Below the pieces are notes generated by a model. That model had not been told where the DNA came from, did not search any database, and saw only the letters and a list, made by a program, of their open reading frames with translations. From positions 372,001-436,000 of the forward strand of contig BCGN01000001.1 in the NCBI GenBank assembly GCA_001599295.1: DNA of 64,000 nt, written 5' to 3'. Source of the DNA: Sporopachydermia quercuum (taxonomy: Eukaryota). Position 1 is the stretch's first letter; each line of letters opens with the position of its first letter. Both the position numbers and the translations under genes were made by a program. Shown here in pieces: positions 36,616 to 49,600 of this stretch.

Positions 36616-37840
36616 TCTGAATAGAAACAGCTGGTTACTATTCTAGAAGAAACCTTGTATTTTAGTCTCGGCTGATATTCAGTAAAATGCTTTCGTGGTT
36701 GTTGTTGTAGTTATTCTACTATTCTGCTTCACCATGCTATTTGTCACGTCTAAGACCTGGTTTAGACTGTACTTGGTGTTACCTTAGAGTCATGGGCTAA
36801 GGAAAATGGCTCAAAAGAACAGACAAACTTTACAAAGGCAAAAGCTGTTCTTCTGTTACTTGCTATTGGAGATGGATAGATCTAACTATACAATTGATTT
36901 TGAGTAGTATCATTGGAATGCCGATGGTTTTTTTTCATGCTCATGCTCATGATGATAGTTCAAGCAATTTGCAATGGTTGATTGTCACTGTAATGATTTT
37001 CATTTCAGGTCTCGCGATATATCGTAGTGAGACGTGATGGTGGAGGTGAAAAATTGGAAACTGTGATGGGATTGTATTTGACTTAAGTGAGTTGAAATAT
37101 TTCTTCTTTGAGAAGTCTAAAAAACTATTTTGTACTTTAGGTTAAATTATTTGAATCATACTTTAAATATAATATAACAATAAGTAGAAGTAACGATACT
37201 TTTGTGAGTCATGTGGTTCATTGACAGTAGTTAACTGTGACGATGGATACGCTGTCTCATCTCCGCTATTGTTTTATCTTGCATATACCCCCGAAAAAAG
37301 CTAAGTATTGATTCGATTCCCTAGGAATTTCGAAATTATTTTTTACCAAATCTCGTCCAGAGACGACCTAAACAGAATATTTCTTTGCCAAGATATCTCA
37401 TGATAACACCATTTCAAAGCAGTTTATTTGTCTTCAAACATCATCTCCAACCTATCTCCCCGCTGTTCTGTAATATTCACTACAAATATCCTAGAGCACA
37501 GCACATCTCATCCCTAACTTCTCTCATCCCACTTCATCTCCGGGTAATAAATGTTGTAAAATCTTACTCCTTCCCCTCTTAGAGTCCTTTTTCTCCTAGA
37601 TTACATAATCGTTCAACTCACCAATTAAACGGACGAGACGACGGCATGTGACAAGACAATTGTGTGACTTACTTCGTCGAGCAATCAATGAATAGCAGGT
37701 TAATGAAAGGATGAATTATAGAAGAATAGTTGATCAATAGATTAGATTATTAAAAGCAGGACTTTTTTTTCTCTGTGTCGTCATATTTTTTTGATTTTGG
37801 GAATTTTGATTGTATCTTCATTGAGTTGATTAATTGAAAG

Positions 37841-37996
37841 GTAAGTGAAATTAATTGGTGATTGATGATTTGTGTTTGCTTTGCTGGATAGTAGATGCTA
37901 GACATGATGGATATCTAGCAATTCAAACCTTTTTCACGTGAAGTCTTACACTATATTATATAAAACTCATTTTGGTCAACACTAACATTTCTCCAG
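37841..37996 (+). other. 5'UTR intron of MIC60
   Basis: AAG|GTAAGT donor, CACTAAC branch point, ttctcCAG acceptor 4 nt before the ATG. The upstream exon has an in-frame TGA. Confidence 0.8.
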
Positions 37997-38000
37997 CACA

Positions 38001-39819
38001 ATGTTGAGACAAACAACCAAGCTTCAAAAGGCTGTTCTCTCCAAACAGCTGACCTCCCGTCAACTGCACTCTTCTGTATGTTGATTTCTTAATTCCGCAG
38101 TTTAACTGCATCTTGGTATTTGATGTCATCTTCTCTTCATCTTCCGACCATCTACTAACACTACTATAGGCTCTTAGATTAGCAGAAAGTGCTAAACCAG
38201 TTGTAGATGCAGCCAAAACCACTGTCAACAGTAGTAAATCTATTCCAAAGAAGAAGAGATCTTTTTTCTCAAGATTATTCTCCACCACTTTGATNGCAAG
38301 TATCATTGGTTACTCTGGTGGTGTGGCCATCTCATTATACAATGACGATTTCGGTGAATTGTTTGTTGAAAACGTTCCTTTTGCTGATCCATTGCTAAGA
38401 CTTGCCGAAGAGTTGCGCTTTAAAGCCAAGTTCCAAGATTTCAACTTTGATAGTATCAAGCCTTTGACTGAAGAAGAATTGAAGAATAAGTTACCAAAAG
38501 GTGACAAATGGAAAGACCTTGATGCAGTGCTAGATACACCAGGAGCCATTGATATCACTGAAAAGAAAGGGCCACATTTGTCATCAACTGCTCAATCATT
38601 GAAAGTTACTAGCGGCAAAGAGAGCGATGTGAAGAGTCAACCTGGTTCCAGTATCAAATCTGGTGGTAAATCAGCACCAGGAACCTCTAAACAAAAAACC
38701 AGCACATCTATTCCTTCAGTGCCAGTTATCAACATCAAAGACACTGATCCTGCAATTCTTGGCTCTCTACAAACGTTAAACAAGCTTATTGAATCCATCA
38801 ATTCTTCTAAGGTTACAGAAGAAACAGTTTCAAAGGTTTCTAATGAATTTGTTACGTTATCAAATACTTTGAAAACTCTTCGTAAGAAGTATGAGGACGA
38901 AACATCAAAGAAACTAGCAGAACAGCGAGCGAAGTTTGATTTGGCTACTCAGGAAAGAACAGCTGAAATCAAAGAAGCTTTGGATCTTCAAACTGCCAAA
39001 TGGCAGGAAGAATTTACTGCTGAAAAAGATAGATTGTTGAAAGCTTTCAACGAACAATTACTTGTTGAAATCGAAGCCACCAAGAAAGCAGTTCTTGCTG
39101 AAGCAAACAATCACGTTTCTCTTGCTCGTTTACAAGATAAGAAACAATTTGCTGAAGAAATTGAAGACCTGGTTTCTAAGGAAAGAAATGGTAAACTTTC
39201 AGGATTAAGAGAGTTGAATGAGCAATTGACTGAAGTTCAATCATTAGCATTAAAAGTCGATGATATTGTTGATGTTGCTAAGAAATCAGTTGGATTCCAA
39301 TTGGCTATTTCTAACTTGCATTCTGCCTTAAACGCTGGTTATCCTGTTTCTTTGAAGCCTTATGTCGATACTGTTTACGCTGCTATTGGTGAGAAAAGTA
39401 ACGATGAATTGATTGACGTTGTATTGAAATCATTACCACAAGATGCTTTGCAACAAGGAGTCTTATCTCCTGCTCAATTAGCTGCTAGATTTAGACTCAT
39501 CACTCCTACTCTCCGCTCATCATCATTATTACCCCCTGATGCCGGTATTCTTGGTCATTTCGGATCTTTGTTGTTCTCTAAGCTTATGTTTGCTAAGAAC
39601 GGTAATCCTAAGGGAAATGATTTTGAGAGTATTGTAGCAAGAACTACTACAGCACTGGAAGAAGGTCGTATTGCTGACGCTGTTGAGCAAGTGAATAGTC
39701 TAAAGGGAGAAACCAAGTTGTTAGCTCGTGATTGGTTAGTAGAGGGTCGTAAGCGTCTTGAGGTTGAGTTTTTGGTCGATGTATTAGAAGCTGATGCAAA
39801 GTTGTATGGTGTTAAATAA
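38001..39819 (+). CDS. MIC60: MICOS subunit Mic60/mitofilin; exons 38001-38075, 38170-39819 (574 aa)
   Basis: Presequence MLRQTTKLQKAVLSKQLTSRQLHSS, a TM segment YSGGVAISLYNDDFGELFVENVP, coiled coils, and the mitofilin domain (SLLPPDAGILGH, AVEQVNSLKG, LARDWL..GRKRLEV). Confidence 0.93.
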
Positions 39820-40809
39820 GGATGAGAGCTTGGAATGTATGATGTTTATATATACATATGCTTTAGTTATACGTGTATAGGCTGTGGTTGTTGCATTGAT
39901 GAGAAATACATGGTAAATCGTTGAATTGACTGTTAAGCCGTAGATGTATGTATATTGGATATGAAAAGAGTAAGAAGTAGAACAAAGTACATGAAAGGTT
40001 TGATCTATAACCAATCAGCAAAGTAAATGTTTATTGTTCTAAAGTCCACGAGAATAGGTAAAGTTTAACTCATGATCTTCTATGGATAGGAAAAGCTTGA
40101 GATGGATGAATAGATTACACTAACATTTTGAATGATTTGCGGATATCAATGACCCCATTGTATTTTAGAGAAAGCAAGTTCAGAACCCAGGTATTACTAT
40201 TTGACTTAGTTATGGCAACTACGTTCTCATTCTGGTCTGCTGATGATAATGAGAATAAATATACAAGCGATTATGAATTAGAAAGCATTTGTTTCTGTTG
40301 ATTATTTGTCCTCATTTGACCTAAAGTAAATAAAGATGGATTAACATAAGAGCAAACACAATTAAACAGACAGAGCTGCACTCTATGTAGCGATTGGTTA
40401 GTTGGCTAGTAGTTCATCATCAAATGAAAAATATAGGTCATATAGTTGATCAAGCTCCCCTTAGTCTGTCACTGCTTTCCTAACAAGATGATACGATATC
40501 AGCTTAAATATACAAACAGAAGAATTATCTAATTAGAAAAGCAGAATTAGCCAGACAGTATATAAATCGTTTTCATTAAGCAATTTGATCGGTTTAGCAA
40601 TTATATCTTCATGTATCCTCATGAAATAAAACCTGTTTGGCTTATTCATTTAAACAATTCTTTATCATGTTTATTTCCTTTTTCATCATGGTTTCACAAT
40701 ATTTTCTTTGAAACATACAAGCTATTTCTTTTCCATTATTTTTTGTCATTTAAAAACTAACATTAATTATCGTTGGTTCGGAACATTAATTGAGGTCTAA
40801 TAAATGCTG

Positions 40810-40817
40810 TGACGTCA
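40810..40817. promoter_or_regulatory. ATF/CRE-type palindrome upstream of RIC8
   Basis: Perfect TGACGTCA about 170 nt before the RIC8 ATG. Function is not shown. Confidence 0.35.
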
Positions 40818-40982
40818 AATAAGTTCAAATGTTTTTGTTCTATTTATGGTCTATTTACCTTCTTTTTCATTTATTCTCTTATCAACGACTGATTGATAGT
40901 TGTTTAACTGTTCAATCATAACGAACAAATGAAGAAACAAGGAAGTGAATATACCAAAATCAATATATAATGTATTAGAAAA

Positions 40983-43754
40983 ATGTCTGATTATCGGATC
41001 ACCTTATCGAATTTATCATCGGACGAGTATTTCTCATCTTCTAGTGGTATGTGGAAGGACGGGATTGGGGAAATTGTCGGCAATCAGATATCATGAACAA
41101 TAAACAAGAAATGTATTGCTTGATTCCATTACAAGTATTAACTACATTCATGAATAAACAATAGTTGATGATTTGATTCAACAGTTTAAAACTTTGAAAG
41201 TGTTTGGAAGATCACCAGATGTTTGCAAAGGTTATAATGAAGATGTAAGTAGCTGTTAGAATGATAGGATGAACATGGTTTTTTGTCATACAAAGACATA
41301 CTTCATTAAATCCTTCGCTTACATCAGTGAATTACTAACAACCACGATTCAGAAATTAACATCATTATTAACCACAACATACAATGGTATAACCAGATTT
41401 AATAGACAACAGCAAGATGAGATCAAATGTGAGTTGTATTCAATAATAGCAAATGGATTGCTATTGAATAATTCATTATTAAATAAGAACAATAGTAGCA
41501 GCCAGAAAATACCGTGGAAAGAGTTATTACTTATAGCTGGTGAAGAATTCACTCGGTCTTCTGAAGATGATTTGTTTGAATTTCCTCTTACTAGAGTGTT
41601 GTTTTTGTTAAGTTATGTGAAGAGAGAGAAAGAAAGTGATATAAAGGACACTAGGACAACTGACAATCCAAGGAGTAAAAATAGAGTTGAAAGCAAGGAT
41701 TATGGTAAGCAGAGTTATTATGAAAGTGATTCTGTTGATAGGACGTCTGTTGTTGAAGTAAGTGCAGAAGACCAGCTGGAAAGTCGTGACAGTAATGGTA
41801 ATCTTGCTATTAATGGTAGTCCATTCTCTTCTTTAATATCAGACACAGCTGCCGTTCTAAAAAACAAAATTATAAAGTTCAATGACCAGGAGGCGCAGAA
41901 AAACGTTCTTATCGAATATTTGAAACTCGTTGCGAATATGGCTCATGTTTATCCTGCTAGTAGTGAAATATTACAACTGTAAGTATTGAAAGGTATTGTC
42001 TGAGAAATTTGTAAGATGTGGATGTGAATGTGAATGTGAATGTGAATGTGATTGGAATGTAATATGCTTTAATGTAAAAGATAATGATGATTGGTGCTGG
42101 TAGAGTCTTACCATATTTGAGTAAGCTGATGATCTTCTTGAGCATTTGAGTCATCACCTTTTAATGAGCAGGCTTTTTTACATAATTGGTTTATACTAAA
42201 AAAGACGTTTGGGAAGTAGCACTCTCAAATGCAGATGTCAGAAATCAAATCAGAGCAATTGATGTTGTATTTTTCATTTGCAACACTGGAGTTACTGGAA
42301 TTATTGAAAGTATCAGGAGATTCTTTGGCTGGTTCTAACTAAAGACTGGATTATGATTTTGTGGGAGGATGATACCCCCAAAGGATTGTTTAATATTGAT
42401 CATTAGAAAACTTTTCAGAGAAAAGCCTAATGACTATCTAAATTCATTCTTAGTAGTTTTTAGGCTGTCCATGCATTATACTAGCCTCTGATGAATCAGG
42501 CAAGATATTCAAACGTTGATCGTCTTGCTTTTTTAAAAGACGGCTAGACGTGTTCTGAAACCGACTATTGATTGGAAGTCAGAATTACTGAAGAGTGCGC
42601 TGATGCTGATCAAACCCCATCTCATTATAGTAGCATATTATCAATAAAACGTTCTATTGGTAATGAATCGCCAAGTTTACTGATTGGATTCTATTCACTT
42701 ATCTCATGACATGTTGTAGTGTCACCAGTTGCCATTCACATGATATATCATATGCTCTAGTCCTATTAATTCTATTAATCAACCACCACATATTCTAACA
42801 TTCTAACATTTTGATAGCATTATACCAAGGATTATTCAACTATTTGAATCAACAAGCGATCAAAGTGTTAAGCAGTATATACTGAATGCGTTGATCATTC
42901 TACCATTAAGGACTGATCTTTTCTTCTACGATAACAAACAATCATCAGCCACAGAATCCAACATTGAGTATCTTCTATTGTTTATATCCGATCTATTAGA
43001 TGAACTAAATGTCTCTTTGAAGGAGACAGATTCTGCTGTTGTATCTAGGCCTAATTCTAGTGCTAGTGCTATACCTGGCTCCATAATTGAATCACTTGAT
43101 ATAAGAAGCTACTCTATCAAACAATATGATATTTCAATCCTGGCTTTCATACAAAACATTTTAAGATTTGTTAATAAAATCATCAGTTCTGAAGACATAA
43201 ATATCAAAGAAAACAGTCTACTGACTTTGAACACTNAGCCTATTCTGGAGCTAATCAAAACCAAATTCATTCCTAGTGATGATGATAGAAAAGAAGAATT
43301 GGGTATAGGTAATTCATTCCCTAACAGAGTACTGAGAATAGTAAGAATGAATGAGTTAGATGCAAGAGAACTGATTATGAATATATATTATATGCTCTGT
43401 GATAAGAATGGAGATAGGTTAGTTGATATGGTTGGATTTGGATTGAGTTCTTGGTTCATAATCAAGAATAATATTCACTTGGATAGTAAAGAAGGTTTAG
43501 TATATGGTGATCGACAGTCGGATAGTTCGAAAGATCCAAAAGGCTCTATAAACAAAATAACAGGTAAATTAGAAGCATCATCAACAACAGCAGAAAGAAA
43601 TGATGTGTCAAAGGCTTTTGAAGATATGACAGAAGAAGAAAAACAACTCGAAGCAGAACGACTGTTTGTTCTGTTTGAAAGGATTAGACACAATGGTGTG
43701 CTTAAGATAGAAAATCCTTTTGAAGTAGCTAAGAGGCAAGGGAAATTCGATTAA
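40983..43754 (+). CDS. RIC8: Ric8/synembryn G-alpha GEF/chaperone; exons 40983-41046, 41165-41244, 41353-41978, 42818-43754 (568 aa)
   Basis: N-terminal LKVFGRSP, SIIANGLLLN, LTRVLFLLSY, VGFGLSS, INKITG and the hallmark C-terminal MTEEEKQLEAERLFVLFERI..NGVLKIENP. 1707 nt in frame. Confidence 0.85.
42016..42051 (+). repeat. (ATGTGA)n microsatellite in RIC8 intron 3
   Basis: atgtgg followed by five atgtga units. Confidence 0.9.
42061..42639 (+). ncRNA. Candidate structured intronic RNA, family not recognised
   Basis: At least seven local hairpins plus terminal long-range helices inside the 839-nt RIC8 intron (see findings). Confidence 0.4.
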
Positions 43755-44839
43755 TGGTGAAAAGTCGATAGATTGATCTGTAAGGGAAATGGGTTGATTA
43801 ATTGCATTAGTATTAGTACAAGTATGATTTATTAGTAGTACCACTAATGAGTGTCATTTCATTGTTCATAGAGCAAACAATATTAACGCTAGTGCGACTA
43901 TTTTAGCGGATAATTATATTCGATCCGGATTTACTTCATAACAAGACTTGGAGTCAACAAATAAGTATCAGTACATTTTTGCTTGCTTGCTGAGCGATTG
44001 ATTTGATGGTATTCAATGGTACGTATAATTAGTTTTAATAACTGAGTCAATTAGTATTATCAAGCGGTTGTGGCTAGCAGTGTTGATTGTTATAGTTCTT
44101 TTATATTATTCATACTCCTTACATTATATACCGCAATTGAATAGACCATAGCGAATAAAAGTTCTTATAATGCAATTAAGTGTTTATCATCGAAAATGTT
44201 TTATTTTTTGTAGTTGATTCCGCGGTGTTTGAATAAATGAATAATGGAATAAAAGCGATGACTGTTTCCTACAGATGCTGCATTATTCATCAAGCTGTTA
44301 GTTCACCTTGCAAGGCTCATCTATTTCTACACTTCATATTCATGTATCTAAGTATTATACAGAGATTTTACTTGATAGGTTATTATGTGGTATCAAAATT
44401 GTTAGTTTTTATAGTGTCATTTCTAATGGAAAGATGTTGATTGTTATTGAACTTGTAGTGCCATGAATTCTGTGATTATGCCGAATTTTAATTGAAGACT
44501 TGTTGGTGTAGTTATGTTGTTGAAATGCAATAAGGTAGTAGTGACACACCCTATAATAAGCAATTCATCATTTAACGTATTAAACTAACCAGAGACTAAC
44601 CATTTACATATATATATATTAGGGTGAAATACTTTCAAATCATAGAGTTCATACAAATTACAAAGTTGTTAGATTAAAAACTATAGTATTCTATAACATA
44701 CCATTAGTACACTGTCAGCATAGTGGATATTCTAATAGAATGTGTCGCATGACAAATTCCAGTATTCTAACCATTACACATTTCCTATTATAAACATCGA
44801 ATTCAAAATCATCTACTTGCAACTCTACTACCCAGTCGA

Positions 44840-45475
44840 CTAACAGCTACATGAAGAAGTATTGTTCGTATTTCCCTTTGATAGATCAACCCCGTTAAAT
44901 GCAGCTCTTTGCCTTCCACTCTGAGATCCAACTTGTTCTATTGGCAGCTTCCTAGCTATAGCTGTAAACATCTCCGATATATTCTTATTCGTCTTGGCAG
45001 ATGTTTCGAAGAACAATAAGTTAGCCTCTTTAGCATATGCTTCAGCCACACTGTGTTCAATCTGACGTTGAGATTCATCTTCTTCAACAATATCCAATTT
45101 ATTACCCGCTAAAGCAATAACTATGTTTTCGTTTGCTTGTCTTTGTAGATCTTTCACCCAGGCCTTTGCTCTTTCCAATGATGAGCTTTGAGTGATATCG
45201 TAAACAACTACTGCACAATTGGCATTTCTATAATACATTGGCGCTAATGATCTATATCTTTCTTGACCTGCAGTATCCCAGATTTCAAATTTCACAGTTG
45301 TGTTTTCATCTAGAGCTATTGTTTGTGTTAGAAAAGCAGCACCAATGGTGGATTCTCTAAATTCATCAAACTGATCTTTGACAAATCGTTGCACGATGGA
45401 ACTTTTTCCTACTGCTGACTCTCCTAGTAAGACCAATTTGAATTGGGCAAATTTAGCGTTACTGGTAGGTTCCAT
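44840..45475 (-). CDS. YPT52: Rab5-family GTPase (Ypt52/Ypt5-like)
   Basis: [49 protein letters not shown] and a C-terminal CSC prenylation motif. Confidence 0.85.
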   Translation of the reverse strand: MEPTSNAKFAQFKLVLLGESAVGKSSIVQRFVKDQFDEFRESTIGAAFLTQTIALDENTTVKFEIWDTAGQERYRSLAPMYYRNANCAVVVYDITQSSSLERAKAWVKDLQRQANENIVIALAGNKLDIVEEDESQRQIEHSVAEAYAKEANLLFFETSAKTNKNISEMFTAIARKLPIEQVGSQSGRQRAAFNGVDLSKGNTNNTSSCSC

Positions 45476-46411
45476 TGCTGATATTGAAATGCGGTGAGTA
45501 CACTGTGTGTTATTCTAGTTTGAANGTCATAAAATACTATGAAACCAGATAGAATGTGAGAAACTTGATTGTTATATGTTTGTTCGTTGATAAGCTGTGC
45601 AGTAATGATAGGCTTGTCAACAGGAGGATAAGGACGAAATGAACTATTTATAGTAGAACTGCAGTAGATAGTTTCCAGAATGTCAAGAATCCTTCCGAAG
45701 TAAATGGAAAACCCCAAAATACCCTACAATATTATATTTTGATGAGTGTTATAAAATAAAAGCTAATAAGGTCTTTGCTTATTGTCTCTCTAAGTAGTTC
45801 AAAGGTAGTTTTATGTAACAATAGATTCTTACTTGAATGAGGTTGTGTCACTTTTTTGTTTATGTGGTAGGTAGGTAAAGTGATAAGGTTGATCTCTAGG
45901 AATTGAAAGAGAATAACTGATATAGCTCTAGAGGCTAGCTGAAAAGGGTCTATAGAGAAATTACTTGAATCTTTGGGAATTGAATTGTTGATGAATTGAT
46001 GAAGGAAGGACAGCAAAAAGGTCTAGGGTAATATAGTAATAGAGTCTAGGGGGGTACTTCTGGAGATATAAAAGCCTAAAACCTAGAGGTGATCGATGGC
46101 TTGGAGTTAAGAAATTTAAAAGTCTTCAGTGAACCCCTTGTATGCATTCGGCGTCGGGATATGAGGCAAGAAAGAGATGATAAAGGATCAATCCAATATA
46201 AAAAACACAAAGGTTAAGAAGTACATTGATAAATGTTTTTTTTGAACCATTTGCAGTAAAGTAAATATATCTGTAAGCAATCCATATACATACTGAGCCA
46301 ACTACTGGCCTACATAATTTTCCTATATATGGCATGAAGTCTCGTTTCATGAAGACTTAGGATTGTTATTTAACATGTACACAGTAACAATTTTTTTGTA
46401 ACTTTTCAGTC

Positions 46412-46420
46412 AAAATTTTT
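46412..46420 (+). promoter_or_regulatory. RRPE-like element upstream of UTP10
   Basis: AAAATTTTT about 190 nt upstream of a ribosome-biogenesis gene. Weak evidence in AT-rich DNA. Confidence 0.4.
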
Positions 46421-46608
46421 ATCCGATGTTAAATTTGTGATTAAGTCCATCATCGTTTGCACTCAATTCTTATCATTACACAGAGAACTACCCTTTGTGT
46501 AACATACAAAGACTTAGGCTCGGTTGTTCTTATTTGCATTTTACATTATTATATTGCTGTTCTCCTTTTCTCCTATNAGCACACCATCATCAAATACGTT
46601 CTGTCTCT

Positions 46609-49600
46609 ATGTCTTCCCTTGCTGATCAACTGGCCTCTTTGCGCCAGTCATCTAAGGCTGAAGTTACAACAGTAGACAGAAAGAAAAGACAAAAGATTCA
46701 TCAGCTATCTCTTGTTTATGAAAAGAAAACTGCTGGTACTCAGGACTATGACACTATCTATTCTGTCTCTTGTGAAGCATTGACAGAGCTACAGTCAATA
46801 GATCCGCGCTTTGGTAAGTTTTGGAACAATCTATTCTCAGAAACTAGTATTAGCTACGATATTGCTATACAATCACCAGAACAAGTAAAAAATATAAATC
46901 ATGCTATTGCTTCCTTTTTAATGCTTGTTGCTCCAAGATTGCATCTAAACATCGCGCTCTATGCTTTAGAATGGCTTGTTAGAAGGTTCCAACTCAATGT
47001 TCAAAGCCCTGAACTATTACTTTTGTCGGTTTTGCCATATTGTCATGACTCTTCACTCTTCTTGCGTTTTCTCACTGTTATTCCTTATTCAAGCTATCCT
47101 GAGACTTTCCATTTTTTGCTCAACTGCAGAAAGAATCTCGCGGTGCCATCCAAAACACTCTTGATCAATGTATTCACCAACAATCACCAGTTTTATGAGC
47201 TATTCTCCAACCATTTGGTTACCACAGTTGAGTCAAATGCGGATTATGACACACAGTTAATATTTTGGAGTTCCTATAGTGTATGGTCTATTGTTGCTAT
47301 GAGGCATTCTTCAAGTAGCTCTCGGAATAATGACAATGAATTCATTCTTGGCAAATATCTTCCAGTGATTACTAAGCTGTTGAATCCAAGTACTTCAGCT
47401 AAAGCAAAAACAGCTGCTTATATGGTTGCTGCTGTTTTGTTCCATGAGTGCAATCCATCCACTAGTGTTATTGCTGCAACCGTTCGAACCATTGTGCAGA
47501 ATTGGGATGCTGATTGCTATCAAAGTGGACTTGGAGGTATTTCTAAAATCCTTTGCAGCAGTGGGTCGCTGTTGAACAGTGAATTAATTGACAGTCTTTT
47601 CACAGAGAACCTCTGGCAAGCGTTCCAAGGTAGCATTGGAATATTTTCCATTGGTACTGATAATACTGATTTTGATCCAGAGACTGTACAAAGGAAGTAT
47701 CTTTCACTTGTTGATGATTACGATCGCGAAAAATGTATGGTTTTTCTTTGGTTATATTATTCATTGAAATACTCTTTGAAACATGAAAATTCAGTCAAAA
47801 GAATAGAAACTCTGATTGATTCTATCGTTGGTAGTTCTACTAGCTCTATTTCTAAAAGTCTATCTAAACAACTTCACAAGACATTCACTCAACTTTTGCT
47901 GAACCTTGATGGCGAATTTTATGCTGAATACAATTACCAGCTTGCGAGTTTGTTCCATAAACTTCTTGCAGACAAATCAACTCGTGATTTGTTCTCTGCC
48001 GCTTTAACGGAGCAAAATCTTACTGTAGAGACCGTTGAGTTAAAACTTGGTGCTTCTATTGCCGTAGAAGAATCCATTAGCGAAGCCAATAGCAATGATA
48101 TCATTATCAGCATTGAAAACATACCAGAACAACAGCATGACGACGAATATCTTATTGCTTACCAAAACTCTTTACCACCTATGAACACGATCGACTCATT
48201 CTTGGCTGTCCAAAGTGATTCTATGTTCTTCAAGCTGCTCAAACTTTTCTCTCTATATGTTGCAGGAAAGTCAAGTAGTCAGTTATATGAACAATTTCTT
48301 TCGAACGACAAATTTTTCAGCAAAGAACTTTCAGTGGTGTCTTTCCTTGCAAGAGTATCAACTGACGCCTATACTGCCTCGCTACTTAAGNGTATAGCTT
48401 TGCTACAGCTGAAAACAGTTTTGGACACCACATCGAAGACAACTCCAATGAACTTCACAAGTTTGTTGCCAAGTCTACTTGTTGCCTTGAACGACCCTTC
48501 AGAAAAAGTTCGTATATGCTGCACTGAAGTATTGAAATCACTTGTCAATGCTTTGGAATCAGCTTTCAAGCTTAGGAAAACAAGTTCTGTGTGGGGCAAT
48601 GAATATATCTATGGAACTAAGAATACTACTGAGCATACTGCCATGTGGCTTGGTTTAAATGATACTATGAAATTATTGAAAACAAATATTATCCCCAATA
48701 ATTACGACTTCGTCAACAACAAAGACCATTTGTTTCAATTGTTTGGTAATATATTTAGCTCTAAGGACAAGAAAGTGTCATTATATCTTACATTTCTTGC
48801 TAGTCAAGCACTCTCTGTTGAAATTCCTAGTATCAAGCTTGTTTTGTTGAAAATAGTGAACCAAATCAACCATTTCAACCATAAAAATAAGAAAACCAAT
48901 TTTGCTAAAGTTCAATTTTTCAGTCCTCTTATAGAAAGCTATTTAGCAACGCGTAATGAAAAATGGTATGTTCTATGCAAGGCTCATCATGTTGAATTCC
49001 GAAAATTTGAACAGGAGATTGTGAATTTGGTCTCGTATAATGAACGTGGTATGGGGATCAAGTTTCTTGAAGGTTGTTTGGCTGGGGGGAGTGTTGTTAG
49101 ATCTGTTAATGACTCTCAGAGTATTTCAATGATCGCTGAAGGCAAAGAAGATTCCAATGATGAAGCTATTTCAGATGCTGACGACGATTCTGGCGATGGA
49201 GAAGTAGATCTGGTGGCCGAAAGAGAACCCATTGTAGAAGCCGAGACGGTAAGCTACCAACAGCTATGGGATATCGTCAGTACGAAGATCAGTCAAATCT
49301 GGTCAAGTTTGAAACCTGACATGAAATATTCCATCCTCAGATTTATCATTGATGATAATATATCTCCGGAGTTTGATGCTACTGAATTAACGTACACTCT
49401 CGACATAGATTTAGATCTTTTTGCTAAGTTACTAAGAGATTGTCGATTGGATACTTCGTTAAACGGTGGCACTAACAATGGCGTTTCATCCACCCCAGGA
49501 GCAAATATTCATGATTCAAACAATGTTGCTTCTGCTGCTGCTGTTGCTGCTAAAAGAAGAAGAAGAAGCAGTACATCTTCGAGACAGTTATTCAAACAAG

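Noticed and set aside
42151..42167. U5 snRNA loop-1-like ACCTTTTAA in a small hairpin, with an Sm-like site further downstream
   Set aside because: It differs at two positions from the invariant GCCUUUUAC, and the stem and spacing do not fit U5.
42488..42560. Hammerhead ribozyme core (CTGATGA...GAAA)
   Set aside because: No stem II forms between CTGATGA and GAAA, and there is no matching stem III or cleavage triplet.
42304..42608. RNase MRP/P P4-like pairing (GAAAGTATCAG with CTGATGCT)
   Set aside because: It lacks the bulged-U P4 geometry and the other conserved regions. It is kept only as part of the unidentified structured element.
41269..43754. Apparent split or frameshifted genes (RIC8, CHL4, ARP4, INA17, MSY1, PNG1) as pseudogenes
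   Set aside because: Each is fully explained by GT-AG introns that restore a single frame.
46495..46608. TTG/GTG-initiated N-terminal extensions in the ORF track (UTP10, MCY1, PNG1, the F-box-like gene)
   Set aside because: These are bacterial-style start calls. The first ATG gives the expected eukaryotic N-terminus.
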